Source: an uncultured Lachnospiraceae bacterium (lineage in GTDB: Bacteria > Bacillota > Clostridia > Lachnospirales > Lachnospiraceae). From it: a stretch of 64,000 bases of DNA. Of this stretch, positions 60,809 through 64,000 are shown piece after piece. Position 1 is the stretch's first letter; each line of letters opens with the position of its first letter. The DNA lies in contig CAOKQK010000001.1 in assembly GCA_948470905.1 (NCBI GenBank), positions 38,055-102,054 on the forward strand, read 5' to 3'. Position numbers and translations under genes: made by a program. The notes under the pieces were generated by a model that had not been told where the DNA came from, did no database searches, and saw only the letters and a program-made list of their open reading frames with translations.

Positions 60809-61524
60809 AGTCCGGGTTGAACTTGAGGGGGGAGGCGGCATCCAATTTAAAGTATGAATTCAAAATTTGTCTCAGCAATTATAAGATTCCCTTCGGCGTG
60901 TTTTTTGTGGTCATGCTGAGCCTTATCCGGGGTGTGGCTTACAGTTTCGAGATAGGAATTGCGATGGAACCGCCCATGGCTATACTTGCGGCAGTGTTTT
61001 GCGCGGACACCTACACCCGGGAAATTACCTCCAGGAGGTCTCAGGTGCAGCGGCTGTACCCCATGAAAAAGAGAATGGGATCCATTGCCGAAAGGATGAT
61101 GATACAGGAGATCTTCCTGACCCTGCTGGCGGTGATGGGGTATGGGCTGTTCTTTTTATTTCAGCGTCCCCGTATCTCTGCCATGGGGCAGGATGGCCTG
61201 AGAAGCGAAGCGGTCCAATTCCTCCTGTATTTTGCCGCCATGGTGATAACCGTGAGCTTCTGGGGGATTCTGTCAAACCTGCTTTCGTGTGTCATGAGAA
61301 ATATGTGGATGGGGATCGGAGCATGCGTGATACTTTGGGTGATTACCAATTCCGGCGTCATAGGAGACAGGTATTTTGGAGTGTGGAACATTTTTTCCTA
61401 CACTTTCAGGGATGTGGAAAACAGCGGCGATTTCAGCTGGATCTGTGGAAAACTGGTCTGTACATGTGCAGGGATTGCGGCGATGGCTGTATTGCCGCAG
61501 GTCATTGAGAAACGGGGATGTTGA
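60784..61524 (+). CDS. Membrane protein (second permease subunit)
   Basis: About 6 TM segments, lying between the permease and ATPase genes; start is uncertain. Confidence 0.7.
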   Translation: MEKEACLLKSGLNLRGEAASNLKYEFKICLSNYKIPFGVFFVVMLSLIRGVAYSFEIGIAMEPPMAILAAVFCADTYTREITSRRSQVQRLYPMKKRMGSIAERMMIQEIFLTLLAVMGYGLFFLFQRPRISAMGQDGLRSEAVQFLLYFAAMVITVSFWGILSNLLSCVMRNMWMGIGACVILWVITNSGVIGDRYFGVWNIFSYTFRDVENSGDFSWICGKLVCTCAGIAAMAVLPQVIEKRGC

Positions 61525-61672
61525 TAAATTCGGCTGACCATCTTGACTTTGAGCCGTGCCTGTAAAGGCATAAGCCATATTATGGCCTTGGCGAACGCTG
61601 CGGGAGTTGGTTGGCATGTGTAAAGAGGGGTGTCTGCACATCCTCTTATGAAGCATGCAGGGAGGTAGGAAC

Positions 61673-62566
61673 ATGAGCATAAAAATAAAAGATCTGACGG
61701 TGACATTTAAGAATAAAGTGACGGCAATCGACCATGCCGATCTGGAAATCCCCGGCGGTATTTTCGGATTGCTGGGGGAAAACGGCGCAGGGAAGACTAC
61801 GCTGATGAGGGTATTGACGACGGTATTATCCCCCACAGGAGGGACCGTGACACTGGATGGGATCCCATACAACGAGAAAAATTATGGGAAAATACAGAAA
61901 AAGATAGGCTACCTGCCTCAGGAGATTGATCTGTATCCAAATTTAAGCGTGCAGGAATGTCTGGAATATATGGGAGATCTGGCGGGTGTCCCCAGGCGGG
62001 AATGTGGGGAGCGCATCGGATATTATCTGGAGAAAACAAGCCTGCAGGAGCATCGGGGAAAGAAAATAAAGCAGCTGTCCGGGGGAATGAAACGGAGGGT
62101 GGGGCTCATCCAGGCGCTTTTGAACGAGCCGGAGTTCCTGATCATAGACGAACCTACCACCGGGCTGGATCCGGAAGAACGTATCCGCATCAGGAACCTG
62201 CTGGTTGATTGCTCAAAAGACCGCACCATATTATTTTCCACCCATGTGGTGGAGGATCTGGCGGCTACCTGCGACCGGCTGGCGGTCATGAAAAAGGGGA
62301 AGTTCCTCTACACAGGAAGCTTGAAAGATTTACAGCAGCAGGCAAAGGGGCACGTCTGGCTCTGCAGGGTGAAAGAGGAAGCAATGGCAAGGGAATTGGA
62401 GAAAGGCTATCGCGTATCTTCAAAACAGTATGTGGAGAACGGCCTGCAGGTCAGGCTGATCAGCCGGACGCCGCCCCGGCTGGCGGGAGCCGTTCCCTGT
62501 GAGGCGACGCTGGAGGACGCTTATATCTACATCACAAACCGGGAAAGTGATTCCTGTAGGCAATGA
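61673..62566 (+). CDS. ABC transporter ATP-binding protein
   Basis: RBS ggagg; GENGAGKTT, LSGGMKRR, DEPTTGLD and TLEDAY. Confidence 0.92.
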   Translation: MSIKIKDLTVTFKNKVTAIDHADLEIPGGIFGLLGENGAGKTTLMRVLTTVLSPTGGTVTLDGIPYNEKNYGKIQKKIGYLPQEIDLYPNLSVQECLEYMGDLAGVPRRECGERIGYYLEKTSLQEHRGKKIKQLSGGMKRRVGLIQALLNEPEFLIIDEPTTGLDPEERIRIRNLLVDCSKDRTILFSTHVVEDLAATCDRLAVMKKGKFLYTGSLKDLQQQAKGHVWLCRVKEEAMARELEKGYRVSSKQYVENGLQVRLISRTPPRLAGAVPCEATLEDAYIYITNRESDSCRQ

Positions 62567-62618
62567 GCCTTCTGCCAAGAGTGCAGGCGCCGGTGCTGCT
62601 CTTATAGTTGGGGCAGGC

Positions 62619-62658
62619 GGAGAGGCTGCCGCGACTTTTCAGACACAGCAGCCTCTCC
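62619..62658. terminator. Hairpin between convergent genes
   Basis: ggagaggctgc ... gcagcctctcc. Confidence 0.6.
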
Positions 62659-62713
62659 CCTTGGTCAGATGATAAATTTACAGCCGACACCCCTGACGCA
62701 CAAATATGTCACT

Positions 62714-63925
62714 TTACGCCATTTTCACAACAAGCGTTATAAAGAAGCATTCATCACGAATATCAGCAAAAATCTCTCCATGCATAAGCCCCATCAACCT
62801 TTTGCATATGAAAAGCCCAAGCCCGTTGCCCTGCACCTTGTCCGCATTATTTCCACGATGAAAGCTCTCGAATATCTGCGGCAGTTCTTTCGCCTCAAGA
62901 GTACAGCCTGTATTTGATACCGTGATAAGCTCACATCCATCCATTTTATCAAAGCTGATCTCAATTCGTCTGCCGTCACCGTATTTCATCGCATTTTCGA
63001 TCAGATTTTGCAGGCACTCTGCAAGACGGTCGGGGTCGCAGGAAAGAATACAATCATCATACTTCTGAATCGCAAACTCCGTTCCCGATATGGCAAGCTG
63101 GGGAGTATATCTCGCATCTATCTTTGCAATGACAGCGCTTAAGAAAGCCTCCCCCTGTGTGACCTCAAAGCTCATAAAGTCCTCGCTTGCCGCCTTTGTG
63201 ATCTCGCTGACAAAACACTCTATCTCATCTGCACGGATATTGATACTTTCAGCAGCAGCACGCCGTTTTTCCTCGTCCTTGTATAATCCCCTGGCAAGAG
63301 CCTTTGCGCCCAGCTTGATTGCTGACAAAGGCGTTTTGATATCGTGAGAAAGGGAAAGCAGCAAGAGTTTTTTCTCCCTCTGCATCGTGATTTCTTTTTT
63401 ACGGCTGTCCTCGATACTCTCACGCAGAAGATTCACACCCCATGTGAATTTTCCGAAGAAACGGCTTTTTTCCTCTGGTATCGGAACAGCAAGATTTCCC
63501 TTTGCAAGCTCCTTAGGAACATCGCTCAGCCTGTCGAAAGGCGCGATGATATGTCTGCGGATATAATACAAAAGACCTGTCACCAACAGGAACAGCGCAC
63601 CCAATACGCAGTTTACCGCCACAATGCCAAATTGTCCGTTCCCGACGGTATATTCAACACGATAAAGCGTATCGTCCGCTTCTATGATAAGATAATGCTC
63701 ATCGGAACGGTAGATGTCATCACCCGTAAACACACCTGTAATGTGGGGGTATTTTTCAATGTCATAACTGCCCGTCTGTGCTATCTCACCCGCAAGCCGC
63801 CTGGCTTCAACACGATAAATACCTTCACTATTATCTTTCGATCCCACGAGAAATATGTTCAATACCGCCGCCAGTAAAAGAAATACCATCATCACTGCGA
63901 TGCACAGATTTTTGTAAGCTTTCAT
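62714..63925 (-). CDS. Sensor histidine kinase
   Basis: Two TM segments, SHDIKTPL, NLIENAMKY and GNGLGLFI. Confidence 0.9.
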   Translation of the reverse strand: MKAYKNLCIAVMMVFLLLAAVLNIFLVGSKDNSEGIYRVEARRLAGEIAQTGSYDIEKYPHITGVFTGDDIYRSDEHYLIIEADDTLYRVEYTVGNGQFGIVAVNCVLGALFLLVTGLLYYIRRHIIAPFDRLSDVPKELAKGNLAVPIPEEKSRFFGKFTWGVNLLRESIEDSRKKEITMQREKKLLLLSLSHDIKTPLSAIKLGAKALARGLYKDEEKRRAAAESINIRADEIECFVSEITKAASEDFMSFEVTQGEAFLSAVIAKIDARYTPQLAISGTEFAIQKYDDCILSCDPDRLAECLQNLIENAMKYGDGRRIEISFDKMDGCELITVSNTGCTLEAKELPQIFESFHRGNNADKVQGNGLGLFICKRLMGLMHGEIFADIRDECFFITLVVKMA

Positions 63926-64000
63926 ACAAACTTATACCCCACGCCCCAGACCGTAAGCAAACGCTTTGCATTCTTAGGGTCATCACCTAGTTTTTGGCGA
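63922..64000 (-). CDS. OmpR-family response regulator, C-terminal fragment (window edge)
   Basis: Minus strand encodes RQKLGDDPKNAKRLLTVWGVGYKFV*, with an ATGA overlap to the kinase start. Confidence 0.85.
   Translation of the reverse strand, partial: RQKLGDDPKNAKRLLTVWGVGYKFV

Noticed and set aside
1-64000. Prophage, ICE, IS elements, tRNA or rRNA genes
   Set aside because: No integrase, transposase, relaxase or phage structural ORFs, and no cloverleaf or rRNA signatures recognised.

Overview
Chromosomal window from a Gram-positive anaerobe; gene content, a T-box riboswitch and sigma-A promoters point to Clostridia, probably Lachnospiraceae (inference). It holds pentose genes (FGGY kinase, araD, split transketolase, rpe), a T-box-regulated metG, msmX and a CdaR/PucR regulator, SRP RNA and tadA, a maltodextrin cluster (malP, ABC, malQ), gpmA, D-lactate dehydrogenase, and several ECF-sigma or two-component modules paired with ABC transporters. 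No integrase, transposase, tRNA, rRNA or CRISPR array was seen. The best candidate for an undescribed system is an ECF sigma factor followed by a membrane-anchored serpin with anti-sigma architecture (4904-6967), a possible protease-sensing switch. Other oddities are an orphan ADP-ribosyltransferase-like gene in the pentose operon, a divergent PL11 lipoprotein, a 25-repeat Sel1 protein with an acidic tract between tadA and SRP RNA, a solute-binding lipoprotein broken by one in-frame TAG, and an unusual radical SAM gene coupled to a MATE transporter. Family names come from recalled motifs, not database searches.
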